Virus record (IMG/VR): IMGVR_UViG_3300005096_000103
Coordinates: 64,001 to 128,000 of that record
From: a virus
Length of the DNA: 64,000 bases
Direction: 5' to 3' (one strand)
Part shown: piece after piece, positions 47,594-55,951 of the stretch
Position numbering within the stretch: position 1 is the first letter of the stretch
How the letters are laid out: each line of letters opens with the position of its first letter
The notes under the pieces: generated by a model
Seen by the model: the letters and a program-made list of their open reading frames with translations, nothing else
The model's database searches: none
Told to the model about the DNA's origin: nothing
Made by a program: the position numbers and the translations under genes

Positions 47594-47969
47594 TATTAAG
47601 AATCCTGATATTAAGAATCCAATAGTCCCCCTACGTCCACGAGGTCTTGGACTTGGACTCGAAACGATGCCAGGATGTTTTGTCTGTGGTGGCTGCACAG
47701 ATATGTATAATAACCTGTCAGCCTTTGTCGAAACTAAAGAAGAGGGGGAGAGAGCTGTAGCGATGTTCACTCAGGGAGCTAAGCTTGACTACCGACCTCA
47801 GGAGCCTAACTGGATACAAGTTAAGGTAGGCGCGTGTGACACACATCTGGAGAATCTAGTGTGGCTCCTAGACATGATCGAGGAGTCTAAAGGAATCTGT
47901 GCTGAGACAGTTTACATCTGTTCGGACGAGACAATTCATCTCTGCTCTAGAGTAGACAGCGAGGAGTAA
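47571..47969 (+). CDS. Cys-containing hypothetical protein (start may be 47667)
   Basis: CFVCGG...LDYR...IQVKVGAC..H. Confidence 0.65.
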   Translation: MATSSSTDIKNPDIKNPIVPLRPRGLGLGLETMPGCFVCGGCTDMYNNLSAFVETKEEGERAVAMFTQGAKLDYRPQEPNWIQVKVGACDTHLENLVWLLDMIEESKGICAETVYICSDETIHLCSRVDSEE

Positions 47970-47970
47970 T

Positions 47971-48537
47971 ATGACACCTTATGAAGAATACGGACCGAAC
48001 TCAGATCGTGACATCACCATTGACGAAGTAGGTCATATAAGGTGGGAAGTCTATAGAGGTACAGATAAATTAATAACATACTGGTCTATCGGAGACGATA
48101 CCTCTCCAGGCACCTGGACTATTATCTGTACAGGTAAGGTTGTCGGGGAACGTCTAAGTGCTAGCGACGTAGTACTAGTTGACGCTATCCTAGCGTGCAT
48201 CAAACGCTCAGAAGGTATTACATCCTCCTTAAAGTCTCACCTAGCGGTGACCTCTCCAAGCAAGTCAACATGTTCCATCACCCGTGAACGCTTAGCTAGT
48301 GCACTCGCAGACATCCCGAACCCTGCACGAACTCCAAAGGTTACAGCTATGACTATACACTGGCTTGGGGATGTTGACGTGCACTACTCCTGTGTGTTTC
48401 CTGAGGACAGGTGGCGTTTTAAGTATGGAAACGTTACAGGGTACGGGGATACACTCCGTAAATCTATAGCTGACTACGACGCTAAGCTTTCAAGGGCACT
48501 AAAAGTGTTTGAGGTGCAGTTAGTGGAAAAAGCGTGA
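47971..48537 (+). CDS. Paralog family C, member 1
   Basis: TPYEEYG..SD and HYSC...W.F.Y..V.GYGDTLRKS. Confidence 0.7.
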   Translation: MTPYEEYGPNSDRDITIDEVGHIRWEVYRGTDKLITYWSIGDDTSPGTWTIICTGKVVGERLSASDVVLVDAILACIKRSEGITSSLKSHLAVTSPSKSTCSITRERLASALADIPNPARTPKVTAMTIHWLGDVDVHYSCVFPEDRWRFKYGNVTGYGDTLRKSIADYDAKLSRALKVFEVQLVEKA

Positions 48538-48857
48538 GCGGAGATAGCGTGAACGAAGACATGAACCCACGACGCAAGCCAATGACGTCCCTCACACTCT
48601 TTGGGCGTCGTTGGTTTAGTAAGACCTATGGTAACTCGTACTGTAGCGTCTCAATCATTGTTAACGGTGTGCACATCACTAGAACGGACTATACAAGCGG
48701 TTACGGTGACTACTACGTACAATACGCACGCGAGTGGCTTGTAAAACTGGGTTACATCCACGAGAGCGAGAAAGACCTTCTATGGAAATACTGCCAAAAT
48801 TATGGGATAGCATACCATTATGAGGTGTGTGATGTTAGTAGGGAGAAGGACCTATAG
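48534..48857 (+). CDS. Hypothetical protein
   Basis: GRRWFSKTYGNSYCSVSI..YGDYY. Confidence 0.7.
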   Translation: MSGDSVNEDMNPRRKPMTSLTLFGRRWFSKTYGNSYCSVSIIVNGVHITRTDYTSGYGDYYVQYAREWLVKLGYIHESEKDLLWKYCQNYGIAYHYEVCDVSREKDL

Positions 48858-48902
48858 GTAGTTTGACCTGTAGGTAGTTTGACCTGTAGGGAGAAAGCCA
48901 AC

Positions 48903-49583
48903 ATGATGAAGCTACTTAAAGCACTAAAGAAACTAGATACTAAAATTAGCGCAGCCCTGGATGACGGCAAACCTTTCTGTGTCTCTGACAGCGATAGACA
49001 TAGAAGTAAGACACTGCCTCTACTTCATAAACTCGGATTTATAGAATATACCTACGGGCCTCTATCGATCCCTAGGACGTCCTGGTCTAAGAATATAGTC
49101 ACTCAAATTACATATGAGGGTATGGAGGCTCTAGACCTGTACGATAAGTCACAGAAAAGAAAAGCGGCGGAGAGACTAGCTAGGACAGCTACGGGTAGTA
49201 CAACTACAGCTAAACCTACACAAGTTAAACCCGTCCAAGCTGTCAAGACGCCTCGCTCCCTCGACCTACAGCTCATTACGCATAACGAGTGGCAGAATAT
49301 GTTGGGCGTAGTCGTCTACGCATTCGGCAGGGCGTTAGCCTACAGCAGAGACGAAGCAAGAGACATAGACGGACACCACACTGATTTTACTCTGAGCGAA
49401 TATACTAGCTACCTGTGTGCTATTGAGGACCTGGTTATTACCGCTCTTATGTTAGCCTCGGGTGTTGAGAGCAAGGATCTTACTCGGGCTATTACATATT
49501 TGAGGGATCGAATGTCTTCTGAACTGCTTGAGGAGGGAATGCAACGTACGGTAACGAAAGCAACCTGGGACTTTACAAAGTAA
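48903..49583 (+). CDS. Two-domain protein (winged-helix-like N-domain plus helical C-domain)
   Basis: LHKLGFIE...ITYEGMEAL; C-domain similar to 50828-51139. Confidence 0.65.
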   Translation: MMKLLKALKKLDTKISAALDDGKPFCVSDSDRHRSKTLPLLHKLGFIEYTYGPLSIPRTSWSKNIVTQITYEGMEALDLYDKSQKRKAAERLARTATGSTTTAKPTQVKPVQAVKTPRSLDLQLITHNEWQNMLGVVVYAFGRALAYSRDEARDIDGHHTDFTLSEYTSYLCAIEDLVITALMLASGVESKDLTRAITYLRDRMSSELLEEGMQRTVTKATWDFTK

Positions 49584-49604
49584 GGGACAAAGTGGGAGAC
49601 TCTT

Positions 49605-49926
49605 ATGTCTAAAAAAAAAAGAGAAAGAGAATAAACCCAAACTTGTGATCTATACGTCGATTAAAGCTGTTGAATCTACATTGGTGATGTTCAAGGGAAA
49701 GGTCTTCTCAGTCTGTATCGGGCTGTCCACAGCCTGCGGGCTTATCGTTGGGATACTAAGCTACGACCTGACACTGTCTAAGGGACTTAACTCTATTACG
49801 CTTGGCGTAGATAATACTCTTTCAGAGTTTATACTCAAGTTAGGTTTTATGGGGATGGGTCAAGGAGTATTGCTGGGCATCATCGCGATGAGTATAATTA
49901 ATAGACTCGTAAAAGCGCGAAGTTAG
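49605..49926 (+). pseudogene. Two-TM membrane protein gene interrupted by an A10 tract (frameshifted or phase-variable)
   Basis: SD GGGAG plus ATG 49605; A10 at 49611-49620 gives a stop at 49632, whereas A9 would join the 49645-49926 frame. Confidence 0.55.
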
Positions 49927-49954
49927 TAGCGAGACTACTAGGAGAGGGTATGTT

Positions 49955-50116
49955 ATGGCGACACAAAGCGCGCTCTACAAAGAAAAACTTGAAGAAGCCC
50001 TTGAGGCTATTGAAGCCGGCGAACCAGCTTGGCGTGTGTCAGGCTGGTTTGAAGGCAAACACTACAACTGCTTTGGTCGCGGATCTACTGCACTTAAGGC
50101 TCTGAGAGACATGTAG
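49955..50116 (+). CDS. 53 aa hypothetical protein (below the ORF-track cutoff)
   Basis: AGGAG SD; MATQSALYKEKLEEALEAIEAGEPAWRVSGWFEG... Confidence 0.6.
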   Translation: MATQSALYKEKLEEALEAIEAGEPAWRVSGWFEGKHYNCFGRGSTALKALRDM

Positions 50117-50187
50117 TCTTCAGTGGTAGCTCTGAGAGATCACTGAGTTCGTGGAGTCTGTTAGAGTGGGATTCTAAAGCATAAACT

Positions 50188-50196
50188 TGGTATAAG
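50188..50196 (+). promoter_or_regulatory. TGGTATAAG extended -10-like motif
   Basis: Intergenic, upstream of the 50298 gene run. Confidence 0.65.
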
Positions 50197-50297
50197 CGGG
50201 TAGTGAAAACTTTACAAGCAGGCATATCTTCTATCTAATGTGGATAGTTGTTGTGCTTGCTTATTTTTTAGTAGCGAGACCTACTAGGAGGGAACCA

Positions 50298-50825
50298 ATG
50301 AGACTAGTCATAGAACTACTGCAAAAACTCAGGGGCGCTACATCTGAGATAGGGGTAACCCCTCTAAACCTAAAAGATGTAAACAAGGAGGCTGCTAGGG
50401 TCTTAGTAAGTCTAGGGTTTGTTACAGTAAGCTCGTCACTCAACTACGATCTGGAATCTGAAATCTGGATCGCAAAGACTGGTCTTAGTTTCTTGGACTT
50501 TATTGAAGCGTCTGGGACCGAGTTAGTCTACACAGAGCCTGAGCCAGAAGTCGAAGCTGAGCCTGAGAAAGAATACACACTCGTGTTCACTCCTGAGGAT
50601 GTAGCTACTTGTAGATTCGTAGGCAACAGGTATTGTTGGAGTAGTGTTCTAAAGAACCTAGATGCGGATACGCATACCTTCGGAGAATCTGAGGCTCGGG
50701 GGATGCTCAAAGAGTTCGAGAAGGATACTGAAGGGGGTCACACGATGTTCCCGATGCTTGATATGCGAAGTAGCTTAGCAAATGAGCTTACTGAGTTCGT
50801 GTATACTATTAAGGAGGGTTACTGA
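50298..50825 (+). CDS. Winged-helix-like N-domain protein
   Basis: ATG 50298 after AGGAGG; LVSLGFV...IAKTGLSFL. Confidence 0.65.
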   Translation: MRLVIELLQKLRGATSEIGVTPLNLKDVNKEAARVLVSLGFVTVSSSLNYDLESEIWIAKTGLSFLDFIEASGTELVYTEPEPEVEAEPEKEYTLVFTPEDVATCRFVGNRYCWSSVLKNLDADTHTFGESEARGMLKEFEKDTEGGHTMFPMLDMRSSLANELTEFVYTIKEGY

Positions 50826-50827
50826 CT

Positions 50828-51139
50828 ATGGATATTTCTAGAGAGACACAGCGGTGGATAAACCTACTCTGCATGACTGCTTACGCAGGTAATACCACCC
50901 TAAACTACCTAAGTAATCACATAGCTTGTGACCCTAGTGATTATAGTATTGAAGAGTACGAGGGGTACATAGCGGTCTACACAGACGAAGCATTAAAGGA
51001 GCTGTTTAAGGCATCTGGACTAGAAGACAAAGGTTACACACTGCACAAAGCTCTTGAAATCGGTTGTTCAGAACATATTGAAGAAGGTATAAAATCTCTT
51101 ATTTCTGAGGGTAAATGGGCCTTAAAGAAAACTACCTAG
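50828..51139 (+). CDS. Hypothetical protein, paralog of the 48903 C-domain
   Basis: W.N.L...YA....L.Y...D...EY..Y pattern. Confidence 0.65.
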   Translation: MDISRETQRWINLLCMTAYAGNTTLNYLSNHIACDPSDYSIEEYEGYIAVYTDEALKELFKASGLEDKGYTLHKALEIGCSEHIEEGIKSLISEGKWALKKTT

Positions 51140-51164
51140 ATCTTAGTATAGAGGAGGGGTACTG

Positions 51165-51938
51165 ATGGAACATAGTGATCTTGACATCCTCAAGGCAGAC
51201 TTATCTGCTGCTGAGGCTACCTTAGATGCCTTCGTTGATGAGGTGGGAGCCGTCTATAGCCTTGTGGAACTCAGGTCTAAAGGTAGCCTCGCCTTTACAG
51301 CGTATACGAGTGCGTTACAGGCTTTTAGGAAGGCTAAGCTTCGTCAAGCTCTCGGAGGTAAAGCTATCAGCGTTGAGGACCTGCTTGAGTTTCCACATTC
51401 TGAAATACGAACGGCTGATGACTGGGCAAAGTTTAGCAAGACAGTGTGTGCATCACTCCCCTCGGACCCTCGGCGGTTCGCGGTGTTCATTGCCTGTTTA
51501 ATCGGAGATGTCTGGGCTGGAGATGCTTGGGCGGCTGAGTCTATTGAGTTTGATGATACTAATGGTCCATGGACGTTTATATGCATCCCGTCTACCTACC
51601 CTGAATCTACTGACGATCCATCGCTAGGTGTGTCTGTAGATGTCAGAGGTAACACAACGCTTAAACTCTGCGATGCAAAGGGTATACCTTTCATAAACAT
51701 TTGTATTGACCCTGAGGGTGTAGTCGAACACTTCTATGGTGACGTGAGTCAGTGGACGACTACTAGGCTGGGCAGTGTCCTACGTACTATACTTCCAGCC
51801 TGGGTCGCTATGGGTCATGATCCTTTAGATATCACAAGTCACTTCTGGGAGAAGACTAAGCACCGTGTCCCAGAGGAATGTAGGTTGTTCTACAAAAAGC
51901 TGACTGACTGGTCGCCTGATCCTGCGTTTCGCTTCTGA
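51165..51938 (+). CDS. Unknown-function paralog family A, member 4
   Basis: SLPSDPRRFAVFIACLIGDVW and LGSVLRTILPAWVAMGHDP. Confidence 0.75.
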   Translation: MEHSDLDILKADLSAAEATLDAFVDEVGAVYSLVELRSKGSLAFTAYTSALQAFRKAKLRQALGGKAISVEDLLEFPHSEIRTADDWAKFSKTVCASLPSDPRRFAVFIACLIGDVWAGDAWAAESIEFDDTNGPWTFICIPSTYPESTDDPSLGVSVDVRGNTTLKLCDAKGIPFINICIDPEGVVEHFYGDVSQWTTTRLGSVLRTILPAWVAMGHDPLDITSHFWEKTKHRVPEECRLFYKKLTDWSPDPAFRF

Positions 51939-51964
51939 TACACTGTCTGATAGGAGAATAACAT

Positions 51965-52528
51965 ATGAAAGACGAAACAAGCACCACACTTACCCCCTAT
52001 GCCGAATACGGTATCCACTCTGATGATGAACTGTTTATGGACGAGCGTTGGGAGAAGCGCTGGCGTACTCCTGCAGGTATCATAACCGCATGGGAGCCAG
52101 ACCTTGACACTAACAAACCTTGGACTGTGGTATATGGTGATATCAGCACTAGGGGCGGTAAGCTGTTAGACGCGCTTATAGACGCTAGGGATCTCGCTAC
52201 TGACCTACAGACAGTGTTTAGCGACGCTGTAACTCGGCGGCGAGCACAGACTAAACATAGGTCTGCGCGTATGACTGCAGCAAGGAATAAGATGTCAGAC
52301 CGCTACATAATAATAACCTTAGATTACGAGATCCAGTGGACCTTCGAGGGAATTGGGATCACATATTCCTGCGAAGGGGATGAGGACCTGTGGATCTACA
52401 ATTATAAAGGGGTGCCTGCAGGCTACGGGTCGACACTAGAAAAGTCGATGCGTAGCTATAGTGCTACGGTCTCCGCCCTCTTGAATAAACTTGAGAGGCT
52501 CATCCCATCACCCTTAGGAGGCTACTAG
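51965..52528 (+). CDS. Paralog family C, member 2
   Basis: TPYAEYG..SD and TYSC...W.Y.Y..V.AGYGSTLEKS. Confidence 0.7.
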   Translation: MKDETSTTLTPYAEYGIHSDDELFMDERWEKRWRTPAGIITAWEPDLDTNKPWTVVYGDISTRGGKLLDALIDARDLATDLQTVFSDAVTRRRAQTKHRSARMTAARNKMSDRYIIITLDYEIQWTFEGIGITYSCEGDEDLWIYNYKGVPAGYGSTLEKSMRSYSATVSALLNKLERLIPSPLGGY

Positions 52529-52828
52529 ATGTCTAAAATGGTAAATATACGGTGTCTAACTCGTAGAAAGGCTAATGACTTAATAGATCAGGTCAATAAA
52601 GCTGAGGCTGAACTTGAAGCTGCCGTAAAGATTGCTAAGGCGGAGCATGAATTAGCTGATGAAGCGCGGCAAAATGCTGACGAAATATCAGAGCTGTGGA
52701 GATCAGCGATGCGCAGAAGTGACAAGGCTATGGAGGTGTTGAGGTTACGTAATGTATACACAATCGCTATGGCTGTGACGGCTATAGGCGTCTCCGTAAT
52801 TGTTATGATTATCAGTATGAATACTTGA
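52529..52828 (+). CDS. Coiled-coil protein with C-terminal TM helix
   Basis: Helical charged body then IAMAVTAIGVSVIVMIISM. Confidence 0.7.
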   Translation: MSKMVNIRCLTRRKANDLIDQVNKAEAELEAAVKIAKAEHELADEARQNADEISELWRSAMRRSDKAMEVLRLRNVYTIAMAVTAIGVSVIVMIISMNT

Positions 52829-52844
52829 TAAGAGGCTTGCGTCT

Positions 52845-53120
52845 ATGGCGAATACTATAACCTTCACTGCAACTCGTGAGATTAATATCAATGGGTTTTC
52901 CCACTTCACAATTGAATGTGAAAGGGCGTGTACGTGTAGGGCGATTACATGTCCTGTATGCGAGATCTACGAATTCTTTGAGGGTAAAGAGTGGGGCGAG
53001 ACTCTGAAGGAGCTGAAACTTAGAGTGAGTACATGTCGCAAACTACGCATTACAGGGTATATGAACGATACACCTGGCGTGAAAGATGAGTTCGTTGTTA
53101 CTGACACAAAGAGCCTCTAG
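52845..53120 (+). CDS. Cys-rich hypothetical protein
   Basis: CERACTCRAITCPVC. Confidence 0.6.
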   Translation: MANTITFTATREININGFSHFTIECERACTCRAITCPVCEIYEFFEGKEWGETLKELKLRVSTCRKLRITGYMNDTPGVKDEFVVTDTKSL

Positions 53121-53165
53121 GATTCTTCGTCCTGGTAGGTCTGACGCTTTCTAGAGGTTGATAGA

Positions 53166-53435
53166 ATGGACATAGACCTACCAGACGAAGTCACAGCTAG
53201 GCTAGAGAAGAACCAAGGTAAGCCTTATAGTAATGCAAACAGGTGCTCAGGGCAATGTGTTTTACCAGAACGGGAATGCACGAGGTGTGAGCAGTACGTC
53301 TGTATAGCCTGTAACCTCGTACATCCTTGGGAATTTGGTGCAACAGACAGCCCTGTTTGTGATGATTGCTGGAGTATAAGAGTAAAGGCTGGTCTACCGT
53401 TATTAAAATGGCCATCACTATATAAGGCAACATAA
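53166..53435 (+). CDS. Zn-finger-like hypothetical protein
   Basis: CxxxC, CxxC, CxxC, CxxC. Confidence 0.65.
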   Translation: MDIDLPDEVTARLEKNQGKPYSNANRCSGQCVLPERECTRCEQYVCIACNLVHPWEFGATDSPVCDDCWSIRVKAGLPLLKWPSLYKAT

Positions 53436-53484
53436 CTATGACTGTTAATACAACGATAGAAAAGCTACGTAGAGGAGACGAACG

Positions 53485-53688
53485 ATGCCTAAAAACTGTG
53501 AATGCTGCGGTGACCCCGGGGTAGATCTTATCTGCGTCAAAGACGACGTCAACGACTTAGAGTTGTTTGTATGTCAGGAGTGCATTGAGTATGCGTTCCT
53601 ACATATTAAACATGTTAAGTCTCCTGAGGAGGATCTGGTGAGCACGCTGCGGGACATAGAGGGTACTAAACGTGGTATAAGCACGTAG
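53485..53688 (+). CDS. Small Zn-finger-like protein
   Basis: CECCG...VCQEC; GAGGAG SD. Confidence 0.65.
   Translation: MPKNCECCGDPGVDLICVKDDVNDLELFVCQECIEYAFLHIKHVKSPEEDLVSTLRDIEGTKRGIST
53673..53681 (+). promoter_or_regulatory. TGGTATAAG extended -10-like motif
   Basis: In the last codons of the 53485 gene, about 40 nt upstream of the pentapeptide gene. Confidence 0.55.
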
Positions 53689-53722
53689 ACACTGTAACAT
53701 GTAACTCTAATGAGAGAGGCCT

Positions 53723-54349
53723 ATGAAAATCTCGGTAGAAACCTTATACAAGCTCAACATTCAAAATGGTCTTATTTACGTCGACTTATTCAAGGATCAC
53801 TTCCCTGAGGGGTGGGATGGTGAATGGACGGCAATGTGTCAAGCTGTTTTCCTAATGAATCCTGATCTCGCAACTACCTGGAGCCGGCTTTGCAATCTTG
53901 GACTCCTACCCCGTTATAGTATGGCGGGTTGGAACCTCCAAAACGTTAACCTCAGCCACGTTGACCTACGCGGCGCAAATCTAAAAGGGGCAGACCTTCG
54001 TGAAGCTAATTTCAGCTACGCAAATCTCGACTACGTTGACCTGAGTGGTGCTGACCTGCGAGGCGCTAGATTCATCGGAGCCACTCTACGTAGGACTAAC
54101 CTCCATAGCGCTAACCTCAGTGTTAACCCTGCAGGTGTAGGAGCTGACATGACCGGAGCAGATCTTAGCCATACAGACCTCGCGTGGGCAGATCTACGAG
54201 GAACACGATTCCGTGGCGCTAACCTGAGCTACGCTGACCTAAATAATGCAGATCTAAGAGGTGCTAACCTCACAGCTGCCAACCTTACATGCGCTAACCT
54301 TAATGATGCGCTCCTTGCTTCAAGCAGAGGAATAGATGGAAACTTTTAA
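53723..54349 (+). CDS. Pentapeptide repeat protein
   Basis: Long run of A(N/D)LxG/A pentapeptides after a unique 60 aa N-domain. Confidence 0.95.
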   Translation: MKISVETLYKLNIQNGLIYVDLFKDHFPEGWDGEWTAMCQAVFLMNPDLATTWSRLCNLGLLPRYSMAGWNLQNVNLSHVDLRGANLKGADLREANFSYANLDYVDLSGADLRGARFIGATLRRTNLHSANLSVNPAGVGADMTGADLSHTDLAWADLRGTRFRGANLSYADLNNADLRGANLTAANLTCANLNDALLASSRGIDGNF

Positions 54350-54557
54350 AATTCTTAAGAGTCTTAAGAGTCTTAAGACTCTAGTCACCCCCCTCTTTAG
54401 CGCGATGAGTGGGCTCCTAATCTGGTATGTTATAGGCGGCATAGGTATTGTAGGTATGGGTAGCGGCGTAGGGTGTGGACCAGGGTCATTCATGCTGGGC
54501 GCTGCTATTGCCGGAGTCGTTGTCACGTCAATATGGAAAAGTCGTAAGGAGTCCTAA
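54336..54557 (+). CDS. Small two-TM membrane protein
   Basis: Two Gly-rich hydrophobic segments; LKSLKSLKT repeat. Confidence 0.65.
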   Translation: METFKILKSLKSLKTLVTPLFSAMSGLLIWYVIGGIGIVGMGSGVGCGPGSFMLGAAIAGVVVTSIWKSRKES

Positions 54558-54558
54558 C

Positions 54559-54879
54559 ATGGAAAAGATATGCACAGCATGCGGGTCAATCGGAAGGTCT
54601 AAGACACTAACAAAAGGTAGCTTCATTCTAGAGCTAATTCTGTGGGCTATGATGATACTGCCGGGTATGTGCTACACCGTATGGCGTCTTACAACGAGAG
54701 GTCCGGTATGCTCTAAGTGTCTCAGCCCTAATTTAGTACCTCTATCGAGTCCGATGGGTCGGAAACTTCAAGCTGACTTTCTAGAAATGGAGTCTGCGGT
54801 GAAGAAGGTAGAAGATACGATCGCAGAAGATAAAGAAGCCCTTGAAGATGGGATGAATAAGCTAGGAACTAAAGAGTAG
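54559..54879 (+). CDS. Zn-ribbon protein with TM hairpin between CxxC pairs
   Basis: ATG 54559 after AGGAG; CTACG...ELILWAMMILPG..Y..WR...CSKC. Confidence 0.75.
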   Translation: MEKICTACGSIGRSKTLTKGSFILELILWAMMILPGMCYTVWRLTTRGPVCSKCLSPNLVPLSSPMGRKLQADFLEMESAVKKVEDTIAEDKEALEDGMNKLGTKE

Positions 54880-54921
54880 GATATATAGTGGGAGTAAAGC
54901 CCTCAAAAGGGAGTACAGACT

Positions 54922-55335
54922 ATGTCTGAGACAGACTACATCGACTCTGATATACTATGCTCTAACGTTGAGGCGGATGAGCTATACATATTCAATGACA
55001 AACAAGGGTTCAACGTGCCAAATCAAAGACTAGATACCGACAGTGAGAACCTCTGGCCTCACTACGCCATACGAACTGTAGATAACTTGGGTACAAACAC
55101 CATAGAGACGTATGACAGCTTGCGGGCTGCAGAGGATGCTTACGCTGAGAAAATGGAACAGCTCAAAGAGGAGGTGGCTGTTAGACGTAGAGCTGAAGCG
55201 GATTTAGGAGAGCAAAGGTTCTCGTTTGTTGCACTGAGGGGATACTCAGAGCCTTTGAACAAGGATGTTACATCAGGGGAGCTTGACGACTGGTCAGGGA
55301 TGACTACTGCAGTGATCAAATCTGAGGTGGTTTAG
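54922..55335 (+). CDS. Acidic hypothetical protein
   Basis: 137 aa ORF with GGGGAG SD. Confidence 0.65.
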   Translation: MSETDYIDSDILCSNVEADELYIFNDKQGFNVPNQRLDTDSENLWPHYAIRTVDNLGTNTIETYDSLRAAEDAYAEKMEQLKEEVAVRRRAEADLGEQRFSFVALRGYSEPLNKDVTSGELDDWSGMTTAVIKSEVV

Positions 55336-55372
55336 AGGGCTAGAGAGGTGGTTTAGAGGGCTAGAGAGGTGC

Positions 55373-55633
55373 TCAACTCACCGCCTTAGCGTAAGATACC
55401 ATCCTCCTTAAAAAAGATCCTGTATTTCTTGCGGCTCTAACACCTCTTGCGCCTACAATACCAAGGCTAGTCAAGCCAACTAGACCTCCCCCGCCTATTA
55501 TGAGCTTCTGAGTTGTAGACACACCATTTCTGCCCTTAGAGTCTTGATGGCTCATTGCAACTTTTAGGCTGGAGGTTTCAGCGTTGTAAGCGTTTTGATA
55601 GGCTAGCTTGACTAAGCTTTGTAGGTTGTACAT
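55373..55633 (-). CDS. KLAY-leader family small basic protein 6
   Basis: MYNLQSLVKLAYQNAYNAETSSLKVA plus Gly-rich hydrophobic helix and Arg-rich tail. Confidence 0.8.
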   Translation of the reverse strand: MYNLQSLVKLAYQNAYNAETSSLKVAMSHQDSKGRNGVSTTQKLIIGGGGLVGLTSLGIVGARGVRAARNTGSFLRRMVSYAKAVS

Positions 55634-55642
55634 GATGGTCTC

Positions 55643-55924
55643 CTAGACTGCCTTCTTAATAACTTTAGCAGCTGCTGCTGCTGCTGCACCCATAGCAGAC
55701 TTAGACTTGAGTAACTTTTTTGCGGATCGTCGTGCTGCTAATGTTGCAATCCCAATACCGGCTGTAGTCCCTACGACTCCTTGGCCAATGGTTTTAAAGA
55801 GGCTATCTGATTTAGTTACGAGTCCGTCGATTCCGCGGTGCTTAAGTGCAATCTTTACACTGTCAACGTAGTCGTCGTAGGCGTTTTGATAGGCTAGCTT
55901 GACTAAGCTCTGGAGGTTGTACAT
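55643..55924 (-). CDS. KLAY-leader family small basic protein 5
   Basis: MYNLQSLVKLAYQNAYDDYVDSVKIA plus amphipathic Lys/Ala tail. Confidence 0.8.
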   Translation of the reverse strand: MYNLQSLVKLAYQNAYDDYVDSVKIALKHRGIDGLVTKSDSLFKTIGQGVVGTTAGIGIATLAARRSAKKLLKSKSAMGAAAAAAAKVIKKAV

Positions 55925-55951
55925 CTTTTTTTTTAGCTCCCAAGAATGTTG

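Noticed and set aside
38913-51938. Diversity-generating retroelement behind the paralog families
   Set aside because: No reverse transcriptase and no near-identical TR/VR pair with adenine-specific differences seen
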